DNA of 64,000 nucleotides from a virus (Duplodnaviria; Caudoviricetes): IMG/VR virus record IMGVR_UViG_3300032289_002239, positions 1 to 64,000 of that record; one strand, 5' to 3'. Shown piece by piece: positions 56,385 to 64,000 of this stretch (position 1 is its first letter; each line of letters starts with the position of its first letter). The notes under the pieces were generated by a model. It saw only the letters and a program-made list of their open reading frames with translations, ran no database searches and was not told where the DNA came from. The position numbers and the translations under genes were made by a program.

Positions 56385-56498
56385 TTTTACTGCTCTAAAT
56401 TAGTTCGCTATTTCTATTTAGAAAATTTTATTGTTAAGGAGGAGAAATAAATCTCCTCCACCTGTTAAGCGCGAACTAATTCAGGTAATGTTATTTAG
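56385..56498 (-). ncRNA. Tandem late promoter / antisense sRNA cassette C
   Basis: CTAAATA 56492-98; stem ACCTG/CAGGT with AATTAGTTCGC in the loop; GGAGGAGA/TCTCCTCC; CTAAATA 56415-21; GCGAACTAATT in the 5'UTR. Confidence 0.7.
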
Positions 56499-58210
56499 AC
56501 AATTTGTTCTTTAAACGTAAAATGACCCCTTTTCTCAAATTTCACGATTTTATCGAACTTACTGTCCAAATTATCCCTATGCGAAATCATAAAGATATTC
56601 TTATCCTTCATCTCTTGTCTGATGATATTTAAGAATAAAGAAATTCCTTCAGCATCCATAGACCCATCGAGAATCTCATCAAGAATTAATAAATTAGTAT
56701 TAACTGAATTTTTCATTGCCGCAACAGACATTAAACCAAAAGTTAGAGCTAAATTAATCCGTTGCTTTTGTCCTTCAGAAAAATTACCATAAGAAAAATT
56801 CTCGAAAGTAGGAGTTAAAATCGTTTCATTAAATTCATTATCAAGTGTAAAGTTCACATATAAATCCATCATCCTTAAATAATCATTAATTTTTTGATTA
56901 ATTAAAGGAAGATATTTATTAATAATAACAGTTTTTACGCCACCATCTTTTAATAAATTAGTAACGAATTCATAGTACTGTGACTGATCTATATTCGCTA
57001 TGATTTCGTTTTTTATTTGATGAAGCTCTTCATAAAAATATTCAAGTTTAGCATTTTCTACTTGTAAATCATTGACATTATCCATTGATTTAATTTCACC
57101 CTGAAGCTCTACTACTAGGCGAGTATATTGATTCATGGTTGTCTGATTCTCTGACATTTTTTGATTCAATGCAGAAATTTGTTTGGATAATTCTAAAAAT
57201 TTCTTTTCTTTTTTTTCTTCGGCTTTTATTGTTTGTAATAATTGTGAATATCCATTAGATACTTCTTGAATATCATTTTCAGATTCTTTTAATTTTTGCT
57301 CTTTAACTTCAAGTGAAATATTTTGAGAACATGTCGGACAAACATCATTATGTTCAAAAAATGAATGAGTTTCTTTTAAAGATTCTATCTTTTGAGATAA
57401 CTTGCCTTTTAATGCCCCTAGTTTTTTTAGCTGGGTAGAAGCCTTTAAGAATTGTTTTAATTCAGCATTAAGAGCATCAATATCTTGTTCATATTGTTTA
57501 TTTTGATTGAATAACTCAGTGATAAAAAATTGATATTTTTTTATCTTTTCTTGTTTATCTTGGAGATTTGCAGAATCTTTTTGTTTAATTTGTTCAATAA
57601 ATTCTTTTTGAAGTTCAATTTTTTCTTCAAGGCCAACTTCCTTGACCCTATGTAGCTTGATGTTATCTTTAATAGCCTTTATGTTGTCTTTAACCAACAA
57701 ATTCATTGAAGAAAAAACCTTGATATCCAGAAGCTCTTCTATAATTTCCCTTCTATCAGATGGAGAAAGTTGCATGAACGGAATAAAATTAGATGTCCCA
57801 AGGACAATGATCTGTGTAAATGTCTTAAAGTTCATCTTCAAAACATTTTGCTCAAACCATTTCTGTTGTTCAATCACGGAAGAATGCTGATCCAGTAATT
57901 CACCATTACGATAAATTTCAAATAAAGCAGGAGCAAGACCTCTTTTTACTTTCCATTCGGTTTTATTAATCTGAAATTCTAGTTCCGCAACACAATCTTT
58001 CTTGTTTATATTGTTAACTAGTTGAGGAAGATTAATTTGCCTATATGCTTTTTTAAATAAACAAAAAGTTAATATATCTGCTATAGTAGATTTCGATGAG
58101 CCATTAGCACCCCTTATGAGAGTTAAATGATCAACATTCAAATCATATTCAAGAAAATTATTGCCAATCGAAAGGAAATTTTTGGCTCTGGCTTTTTTAA
58201 AGACGATCAT
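56495..58210 (-). CDS. gp46: Recombination ATPase gp46 (Rad50/SbcC-like)
   Basis: GANGSSKS, Q-loop, CPTC hook, FSEGQK, LILDE, ISH. Confidence 0.93.
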   Translation of the reverse strand: MIVFKKARAKNFLSIGNNFLEYDLNVDHLTLIRGANGSSKSTIADILTFCLFKKAYRQINLPQLVNNINKKDCVAELEFQINKTEWKVKRGLAPALFEIYRNGELLDQHSSVIEQQKWFEQNVLKMNFKTFTQIIVLGTSNFIPFMQLSPSDRREIIEELLDIKVFSSMNLLVKDNIKAIKDNIKLHRVKEVGLEEKIELQKEFIEQIKQKDSANLQDKQEKIKKYQFFITELFNQNKQYEQDIDALNAELKQFLKASTQLKKLGALKGKLSQKIESLKETHSFFEHNDVCPTCSQNISLEVKEQKLKESENDIQEVSNGYSQLLQTIKAEEKKEKKFLELSKQISALNQKMSENQTTMNQYTRLVVELQGEIKSMDNVNDLQVENAKLEYFYEELHQIKNEIIANIDQSQYYEFVTNLLKDGGVKTVIINKYLPLINQKINDYLRMMDLYVNFTLDNEFNETILTPTFENFSYGNFSEGQKQRINLALTFGLMSVAAMKNSVNTNLLILDEILDGSMDAEGISLFLNIIRQEMKDKNIFMISHRDNLDSKFDKIVKFEKRGHFTFKEQIV

Positions 58211-58469
58211 CTGGATAACCTGGTGGAATTACAAAATCATGACTACTAATTTTAGTATATTTAAACCCAACTAATTTACAGGTTTTTATTAACATCTCTT
58301 CATCGTGCTCTACGATATTCAATTCATCAATACCCATTTCATTAAGCATTAAAACATATCTTTCTGCATCATCCTGTTCTTCAAAAAACAGAATAACCTT
58401 TTCTCCCAATTCATTAATAACAGAAAAGGCTCCTTTTTCATTTTCACTTGCTAACGTTATAACAAACAT
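58197..58469 (-). CDS. Conserved hypothetical protein
   Basis: FEEQDDAERY...DFVIPP; between gp46 and gp47. Confidence 0.7.
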   Translation of the reverse strand: MFVITLASENEKGAFSVINELGEKVILFFEEQDDAERYVLMLNEMGIDELNIVEHDEEMLIKTCKLVGFKYTKISSHDFVIPPGYPDDRL

Positions 58470-59500
58470 CAGACCATATCCAATGCGGACTTATAAATGT
58501 CGTTGATGATATTTTTGACCTTGGTTTTATCCAGGGTAACATCTGTCTCATCAATGTAGGAATGTAAAATACTCATAGTATCTTCACTTTCGATATTTTC
58601 CATAGTACCAATATTAGAAAATTCTAAATTCTCAACTATTTTCATTTCATATGGACCTTGATCATTTATTTTTTCAATAAACTTTTCAAACTTCCTGACT
58701 GATTTTTTATTACGTACAACAACTCTTACGAGTTTTCCTTCTAAATCTTTGGGAATAAAAATTCTATCTTCGTCATAAACAATCTGATAATGCAACTTGT
58801 AAGGATTATTTACATGTTCGTGCTCTAAGGTCTCAGTATCAAAGATAGTAAAACCTCTTGTATCATCGACATCATTAAAGTAGATTTCATAAGGATTACC
58901 CAGATAAAAGATCTTTCCATTATCAGATCGTGTATGATAATGACCAGAGAACACCTTTTCAAACTTTAAGAATGGATCAGGATCTCTAGAATCTTCCATA
59001 ACATGGCCCCTATGTGCCACGAATCCATTCAACTCCAGATGGGCCACTGCAAGCCGCGCAGAGGAGGTTTCAACGGCCTTATAGGCTTCTCCCTCGTTCT
59101 CGGTGTTTATCCAGGGAATAAAGAGAATATCTAAGCCTTCTATATTAACCTCGATTGGATCTTGATAAACGTGGATGTTTTTATATTGCTGCAGAAGGAG
59201 TGAAGGAGAATTCAGCTTGTTAGAGTTACGCAAAAAAATATCGTGGTTTCCTGTAATCATATGAACCTCATATTTCTTAAGAGGTTCTAGGACAACTCTC
59301 TGGGTCCATTCTAGACCATCAAAATCAATAGATCTTCTATTATCAAAGGCATCACCCAAATGAAGAACCGTTTTGATTCCTTCTTTTTCTAATGTAGGAA
59401 AGAAGATATTTTTATAAAATAGTTCAAAATAGTCCCGGAAGAGTTTAGAAGACTTCCGTGCCGACCAATGGGTGTCATTTATACAACATATTTTAGCCAT
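58469..59500 (-). CDS. gp47: Recombination nuclease gp47 (Mre11/SbcD-like)
   Basis: DTH, GDAFD, GNHD, SGHYH. Confidence 0.93.
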   Translation of the reverse strand: MAKICCINDTHWSARKSSKLFRDYFELFYKNIFFPTLEKEGIKTVLHLGDAFDNRRSIDFDGLEWTQRVVLEPLKKYEVHMITGNHDIFLRNSNKLNSPSLLLQQYKNIHVYQDPIEVNIEGLDILFIPWINTENEGEAYKAVETSSARLAVAHLELNGFVAHRGHVMEDSRDPDPFLKFEKVFSGHYHTRSDNGKIFYLGNPYEIYFNDVDDTRGFTIFDTETLEHEHVNNPYKLHYQIVYDEDRIFIPKDLEGKLVRVVVRNKKSVRKFEKFIEKINDQGPYEMKIVENLEFSNIGTMENIESEDTMSILHSYIDETDVTLDKTKVKNIINDIYKSALDMV

Positions 59501-59644
59501 CGATCTCGTCCTTATAAGACTGGATCAGTAGTAATAATAATGCTCTGTCTTCAGAAGATTTTAACTTAGTAAATAATTTTTCTATCATTACTTTTCTTTT
59601 GTCTTCTCTTATTTTAATTTGTTTTTCTTTACTTTGCAGCTCCA

Positions 59645-60139
59645 TCAAAAGCGATTCCTCAAATAAACATTATCACGAATAGAAGAATAATCAGAATAAT
59701 TATCAATATGCTCTCCATCATCTGACATGACCTCACTAAAATTTAACCTTTCAATAATCATTGCTTTTTTTTCGGTTTCCTTTTTCTCAATCTTAATTCT
59801 TCTTAAATATGCATAATAAGTGATTTGTGTAAAATACGCAAAAGGATTGGTTGATTTTTCTGGATCAAAATTTAGGATGTACCTAGACATATTTTCAACC
59901 GCATCAGAAATCAGGTCTTCTTTGAAGGAATAATTTGCATAATTCCCCTGATAACCAAACCTTGTTGCAATATGAAGAAAACATTCTCCTATGTATCTTG
60001 GGATTTGTGGTCTCTTTTCATTATTCTCGGCTGCTCTTTTACAATCTATTTTATAATGAACCAGGGCATCCAAGAACTCTTTATTGTTGACGTAATGCGC
60101 TGGGCGCTTATTCTTTGTCATTACTGATGTAGTGATCAT
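59645..60139 (-). CDS. gp55: Late transcription sigma factor gp55
   Basis: HYVNNKEFL, YIGECF..IA, NFDPEKSTNPFAYFTQI. Confidence 0.93.
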   Translation of the reverse strand: MITTSVMTKNKRPAHYVNNKEFLDALVHYKIDCKRAAENNEKRPQIPRYIGECFLHIATRFGYQGNYANYSFKEDLISDAVENMSRYILNFDPEKSTNPFAYFTQITYYAYLRRIKIEKKETEKKAMIIERLNFSEVMSDDGEHIDNYSDYSSIRDNVYLRNRF

Positions 60140-60219
60140 ACTTTTTCTTTAATTGGTATTTAGTGAGATTATAGCACCAAAACCAGATTTTGTCAAGCCC
60201 CTAAATAGGTGGAAGAGAC

Positions 60220-60633
60220 TTGACACCGATGGAATTTCCTGCTACAATCAAGCTAACGACTGGAGAAGAGATTTTCGCTATTGTCCTACCAGAGAAAGAT
60301 TTCCTGATGCTTTATGAACCGGTTATTATCAGTGAAATTAAAACAATAAATGGTGATTATGGTTATAAAATTGAACCCTGGTTAAAGACTGCATCAGATG
60401 ATATGTTTATTGTTAATAGAAATAATATTATTACTTTAAGTGAATGTAAGGATAAAGATATTATCAATTATCATCTGAAGTTTATTGCTAAAAAGAATAT
60501 GATTGGTTATGTGGATCCTTATGAAGAAAAGTTATCCAAAAAACAAGGATATGTATCTAATGTGAATATTATGCGAAACAAACTAGAACAGTTATTAAAT
60601 AGTTCTCCTTCGGAGAACAATCCTACGGATTAA
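60220..60633 (+). CDS. Conserved hypothetical protein (T4-like, Sm-like fold candidate)
   Basis: ATIKLTTGEEIFA...EPWL; divergent from gp55. Confidence 0.7.
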   Translation: MTPMEFPATIKLTTGEEIFAIVLPEKDFLMLYEPVIISEIKTINGDYGYKIEPWLKTASDDMFIVNRNNIITLSECKDKDIINYHLKFIAKKNMIGYVDPYEEKLSKKQGYVSNVNIMRNKLEQLLNSSPSENNPTD

Positions 60634-60868
60634 ACAAGTTTTAGTTTTATGTTTCTGATGGAAACATCTACGAAGTAGTCACTAGAGTTATCTAATAATT
60701 ATTAAGTATTAATTAATACTAGAACATATCCATCAAACCGACAAACCGATCCTAGACCCATTCCTGAAAAAAGTCAAGTGGGTATATGACAATCAAGAAA
60801 TTGGCACAAGGGTAGTTGACAAATTCAAATAAAAAGTGTATTATACGCAAGTCCAATAAATTTTTATA

Positions 60869-61171
60869 ATGTCTAATCTTAAAAGCCTTTTTCATGTAAG
60901 CAACCATGTCGATAAGTCCACTCGGATTTCTTATGAGGAATCCCAGGCCATAGTTGCACTAGCCAATGCAGTAGTAGAAAACGCCAGGGCTATTTCGGCC
61001 ATTTGTGATTTGGCCAGTGTATATGGTCCAGTGGCCAATGTTTCTAATTGTAATTTCTACAATAATGCCCCTGATACCTCCGCAATGAGTGTTGGTTCTG
61101 AGGATCCTGAAGAAGTGGAAGAACCAGATGAGGTAGAAGAATCTGAGGATCTGGAAGACTCTGAAGTGTAG
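60869..61171 (+). CDS. Hypothetical protein with acidic tail
   Basis: Follows a TTGACA-N17-TATTAT promoter. Confidence 0.55.
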   Translation: MSNLKSLFHVSNHVDKSTRISYEESQAIVALANAVVENARAISAICDLASVYGPVANVSNCNFYNNAPDTSAMSVGSEDPEEVEEPDEVEESEDLEDSEV

Positions 61172-61172
61172 A

Positions 61173-61412
61173 ATGGAAGACTTTAATGGAATGTCCCTCG
61201 CGTTAGAAGAACTAAGATTCCATATTAAACTTAATGGAGAAATTGACACTGCAATAAGTTATTTAAAATGGCATATAGGAACAATGGCCCATATGTGGTT
61301 TTTAGAACATTACGGTTTAAAAAGCACGGAAACCCCAATTAAATTTCTTGGTTTACCTTATTGTGTTAAAACAGACATAAATCCTTGGACAATTAAACTT
61401 ACTGAAGATTAA
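61173..61412 (+). CDS. Hypothetical protein
   Basis: Coupled ORF. Confidence 0.5.
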   Translation: MEDFNGMSLALEELRFHIKLNGEIDTAISYLKWHIGTMAHMWFLEHYGLKSTETPIKFLGLPYCVKTDINPWTIKLTED

Positions 61413-61418
61413 ATTATT

Positions 61419-61530
61419 ATAAACTACCGCGATGTCTTTAACGTCGCAGTTTTCAGACCTCTAACGAATTAGAGGATTTACAGAAATACGGGTGGTTTAT
61501 GGCACCCTGCCCGTAAATCACGTCAGGAAC
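61419..61530 (-). mobile_element. Orphan omegaRNA-like / IS200-605 right-end element
   Basis: Structured, GC-richer intergenic DNA ending hairpin CTGCGA..TAAAGA..TCGCGG + TAGTTTAT, like the TnpB ends (GGTAGTTCAT). Confidence 0.55.
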
Positions 61531-61546
61531 GCAAGATACAGGGAGT

Positions 61547-61732
61547 TTGCTTCTTTTGGCTGATCTTAAAAAAAACTATAATCTACAAATACCAGAAAGT
61601 ATAAGAAAAGGAGTTGCCTTGTTGCATATAGCCATGAAAGAGCAAGCCAAAGGTATGAAACTAGCATTTATTGATGAAGACGGTAAAGTATCCTCAGAAG
61701 TTATAATTAACTCTTTAGACTCTAATGAATAA
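61547..61732 (+). CDS. Hypothetical protein
   Basis: 61-aa ORF; start uncertain. Confidence 0.4.
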   Translation: MLLLADLKKNYNLQIPESIRKGVALLHIAMKEQAKGMKLAFIDEDGKVSSEVIINSLDSNE

Positions 61733-62060
61733 CCAACAAATTATGAATCCATTTAATTTATACGTCGCTTTAACCGAGGAAAAAGTTGCCACTTTGGAAG
61801 CTGCCGTTGAGGCATATAAAAGAATACCCAATCAATTTGATGACGAGGAATTAAGTCAATGGAGAGATGATGCAGATGCATGGGCAAAAGCAACGGATAA
61901 ATTTTGTAAGGCGATCATAAAATTAAATGAACGGTATATAACTTATAAAAACGCTAGTATAACTCTTCAATCTAATCCTTATTATAAAACGTCTGTTGAA
62001 AGTCGTATACAGTCTAAACCTTCTATCTGGAAAAAGATTAAACAATTTTTTGGAATCTAA
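61725..62060 (+). CDS. Hypothetical protein
   Basis: Coupled ORF. Confidence 0.55.
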   Translation: MNNQQIMNPFNLYVALTEEKVATLEAAVEAYKRIPNQFDDEELSQWRDDADAWAKATDKFCKAIIKLNERYITYKNASITLQSNPYYKTSVESRIQSKPSIWKKIKQFFGI

Positions 62061-62402
62061 ATGGAATTAATTTTTATCTACGCCGTTTGTATTGGTATAG
62101 GAATCATAATAGGTCAAAACTCTTCGCCAAAGAGAAGGTCTTATGAAAACTATAATCGGCCAAAAGGTCCACCTCCACTAAAACTTAAGAAATCGTTAAG
62201 GCTCGATGAAAGCCCGGTACAGAGAAACCATAATAGAGATGGTCCATCAACACCCAAACCAGAAATTATCCCTAAAGGCCAGTCAAGAAAAAGGCGATTT
62301 TCTGATGAAGAAATTGAAGCATTCATAGAAATAGTCGTGAATGGCGGCTATCAACCCATAAAACAACAAGGTAATCCTGAACTACCACCAAAAAACCCAT
62401 GA
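62061..62402 (+). CDS. Hypothetical membrane-anchored Pro-rich protein
   Basis: N-terminal TM, PKP/PPP tracts. Confidence 0.55.
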   Translation: MELIFIYAVCIGIGIIIGQNSSPKRRSYENYNRPKGPPPLKLKKSLRLDESPVQRNHNRDGPSTPKPEIIPKGQSRKRRFSDEEIEAFIEIVVNGGYQPIKQQGNPELPPKNP

Positions 62403-62430
62403 AAAATTCTTCTCTCACAACTTTAAACAT

Positions 62431-62784
62431 TTGGGCCTCGGTCTATTCCCTTCTTCTTTGTTGGGAACTGTCCATTATGTTAAAATTACTACCAATCCAA
62501 TGACAGACATAACCGTACATAAGCCCGATGGGTCCACTTACAATATAAATATCCCCGAGTTCCATGAAGAACCATATCGTCAAGTTTCCCTAGCGTGTGA
62601 TGATCCAGAAACTCTCATCAATTCTTTAATTATTAAATATGAAGGTATTAGGGCTGATCTTGTAGAAGATGATAGATTTTTCCCAGGAGATACGAATATG
62701 ATAAGCCACTCAATTTGGGATACTATTGAGTCGATAGACAGTTTAATTCATTATCTGAAAATGACGATTAATGGAACACTTTGA
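62431..62784 (+). CDS. Hypothetical protein
   Basis: Likely start MTDITVHK. Confidence 0.5.
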   Translation: MGLGLFPSSLLGTVHYVKITTNPMTDITVHKPDGSTYNINIPEFHEEPYRQVSLACDDPETLINSLIIKYEGIRADLVEDDRFFPGDTNMISHSIWDTIESIDSLIHYLKMTINGTL

Positions 62785-62917
62785 GTTTTACAAAGTGGGG
62801 TACAAGTACATGGACAAACAAATGTTTGCGGTGTATTTCACATTAAAAATAGCCCAGGCCGCAATGAAAAATATGATTGATAGAGGAGTTCAAGTAACCG
62901 GGTTAGAATCTCAAAGA

Positions 62918-64000
62918 CTATAAATCTATTTTATAAATATCGTACTCAAACTCTTCTTCATTATAAAGTTTAACTCTTTCTATAAAGTGGTTTAAGGTAT
63001 AATTCTTTCCACAATCATCAGCAATATCATATAAAACACACTTATCCTTTGTTTTAGATTTTCTGAGTCCTCGACCAATTGTTTGAAGAACTCTGATTTT
63101 TCCTTTACTTGGAAAACCAAATATAATATTGTTTAAGTTCTTAATGGAAATTCCCGTGCTAAAAACTCCATACGAAGCGACAATAATCGCATTGTTTTCT
63201 CTTTCAACAATTTCTCTTACGTCTTCTCTTTCTTTTGCTTCTACGCCACCATGAACAAAGAAAATTTTTCTATCATTGCCGGCTTTTTCCTTGATTAAAT
63301 CATAAAGAACTTGACCATGAGTTTCTACTCTTGAAAAGATTAAAAGAGTGTTACCTTTTAGACTTAAAGAAAGATTTCTCAAATAATTATTTCTTTCTTC
63401 GTTACCTATTAAGTATTGAACCTCATCTTCATAAGTAAAGAATTTTTGTTCTTTATGCTTTAAGACCAAACACTTTATATCTAATTTTGCGGCTCTACCT
63501 TTTTCAATTAGTTCTTTTGTGTTAATTGCTTTGTAAGATGGGCCAAATAACCCAGTAATAGTTAATTCATTTACGGCCTTACCGTCATCATTGTTTGTCA
63601 GGGTCCCAGTAAAACCAAACCGATATTTAATATTATGAGCATTTTTCATAATATTAACCAAACTTTTAGATTTTACTCCATGACACTCATCGACAATAAT
63701 TACATCATAGTTATCATAAAAAGACTTAGGATTTTCATGTATACTTTGCCAGGTCGAATATGTTACTGGCATGTCGGTTTTATGACTTTGACCAGAGTAA
63801 ATCATGTGAATATTATTGTCTGAATCATATCCATAATCTTGCCAATCCTTATGCATTTGATGGATTAAAGAAGTAGTTGGAAATACACAAAGAACTCTTA
63901 ATCCTTTCATCAAGTAATATCTTGAAATACAATAAATCATGAAGGACTTACCGGATGAAGTTGCAGATAAAACAGTTTTGCGATTATATCTTAGACATTC
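62918..64000 (-). CDS. uvsW: UvsW SF2 helicase, 5' partial
   Basis: ATSSGKS upstream of the called start, STWQS, DECH, GFTGT, QTIGRGLR. Confidence 0.92.
   Translation of the reverse strand, partial: ECLRYNRKTVLSATSSGKSFMIYCISRYYLMKGLRVLCVFPTTSLIHQMHKDWQDYGYDSDNNIHMIYSGQSHKTDMPVTYSTWQSIHENPKSFYDNYDVIIVDECHGVKSKSLVNIMKNAHNIKYRFGFTGTLTNNDDGKAVNELTITGLFGPSYKAINTKELIEKGRAAKLDIKCLVLKHKEQKFFTYEDEVQYLIGNEERNNYLRNLSLSLKGNTLLIFSRVETHGQVLYDLIKEKAGNDRKIFFVHGGVEAKEREDVREIVERENNAIIVASYGVFSTGISIKNLNNIIFGFPSKGKIRVLQTIGRGLRKSKTKDKCVLYDIADDCGKNYTLNHFIERVKLYNEEEFEYDIYKIDL

Noticed and set aside
759-63823. Numerous plus-strand and nested ORFs (e.g. 759-1043, 4173-4487, 29962-30336, 45097-45423, 57642-57890)
   Set aside because: Antisense or out-of-frame shadows of well-supported genes, with no motifs.
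1-64000. CRISPR array, rRNA, integrase, tnpA, photosynthesis genes
   Set aside because: No regularly spaced repeats or recognisable motifs seen by eye in this window.

Overview
This is 64 kb of an AT-rich T4-like myovirus, most likely a freshwater cyanophage, read almost entirely on the minus strand. The T4 replication core is present: uvsW, gp55, gp47/46, gp45/44/62, regA, hsp20, gp43, uvsX, gp41, mazG, gp61, nrdAB. The window also carries virion and lysis genes, an NAD/ADP-ribose cluster (NadM-Nudix, NADAR, macrodomain, NAMPT), a glycosyltransferase cluster, Thg1 and tRNAs. It is dense in selfish elements: a group I intron splitting NAMPT, an intein in gp43, a naturally split intein fracturing gp41 around a Vsr-like endonuclease, several free-standing homing endonucleases, and two catalytically intact TnpB genes with no TnpA. 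One TnpB element splits tRNA-Pro, and two orphan omegaRNA-like right ends lie elsewhere. The most striking unannotated pattern is a five-copy regulatory cassette in front of unrelated endonucleases (3 HNH, 1 PD-(D/E)xK-like, 1 TnpB). Its order is late promoter, stem-loop small RNA, terminator hairpin, second late promoter, mRNA. In each copy the sRNA loop is complementary to that gene's own mRNA 5' end and co-varies with it. All calls were made by eye from sequence and motifs; no database searches were run.
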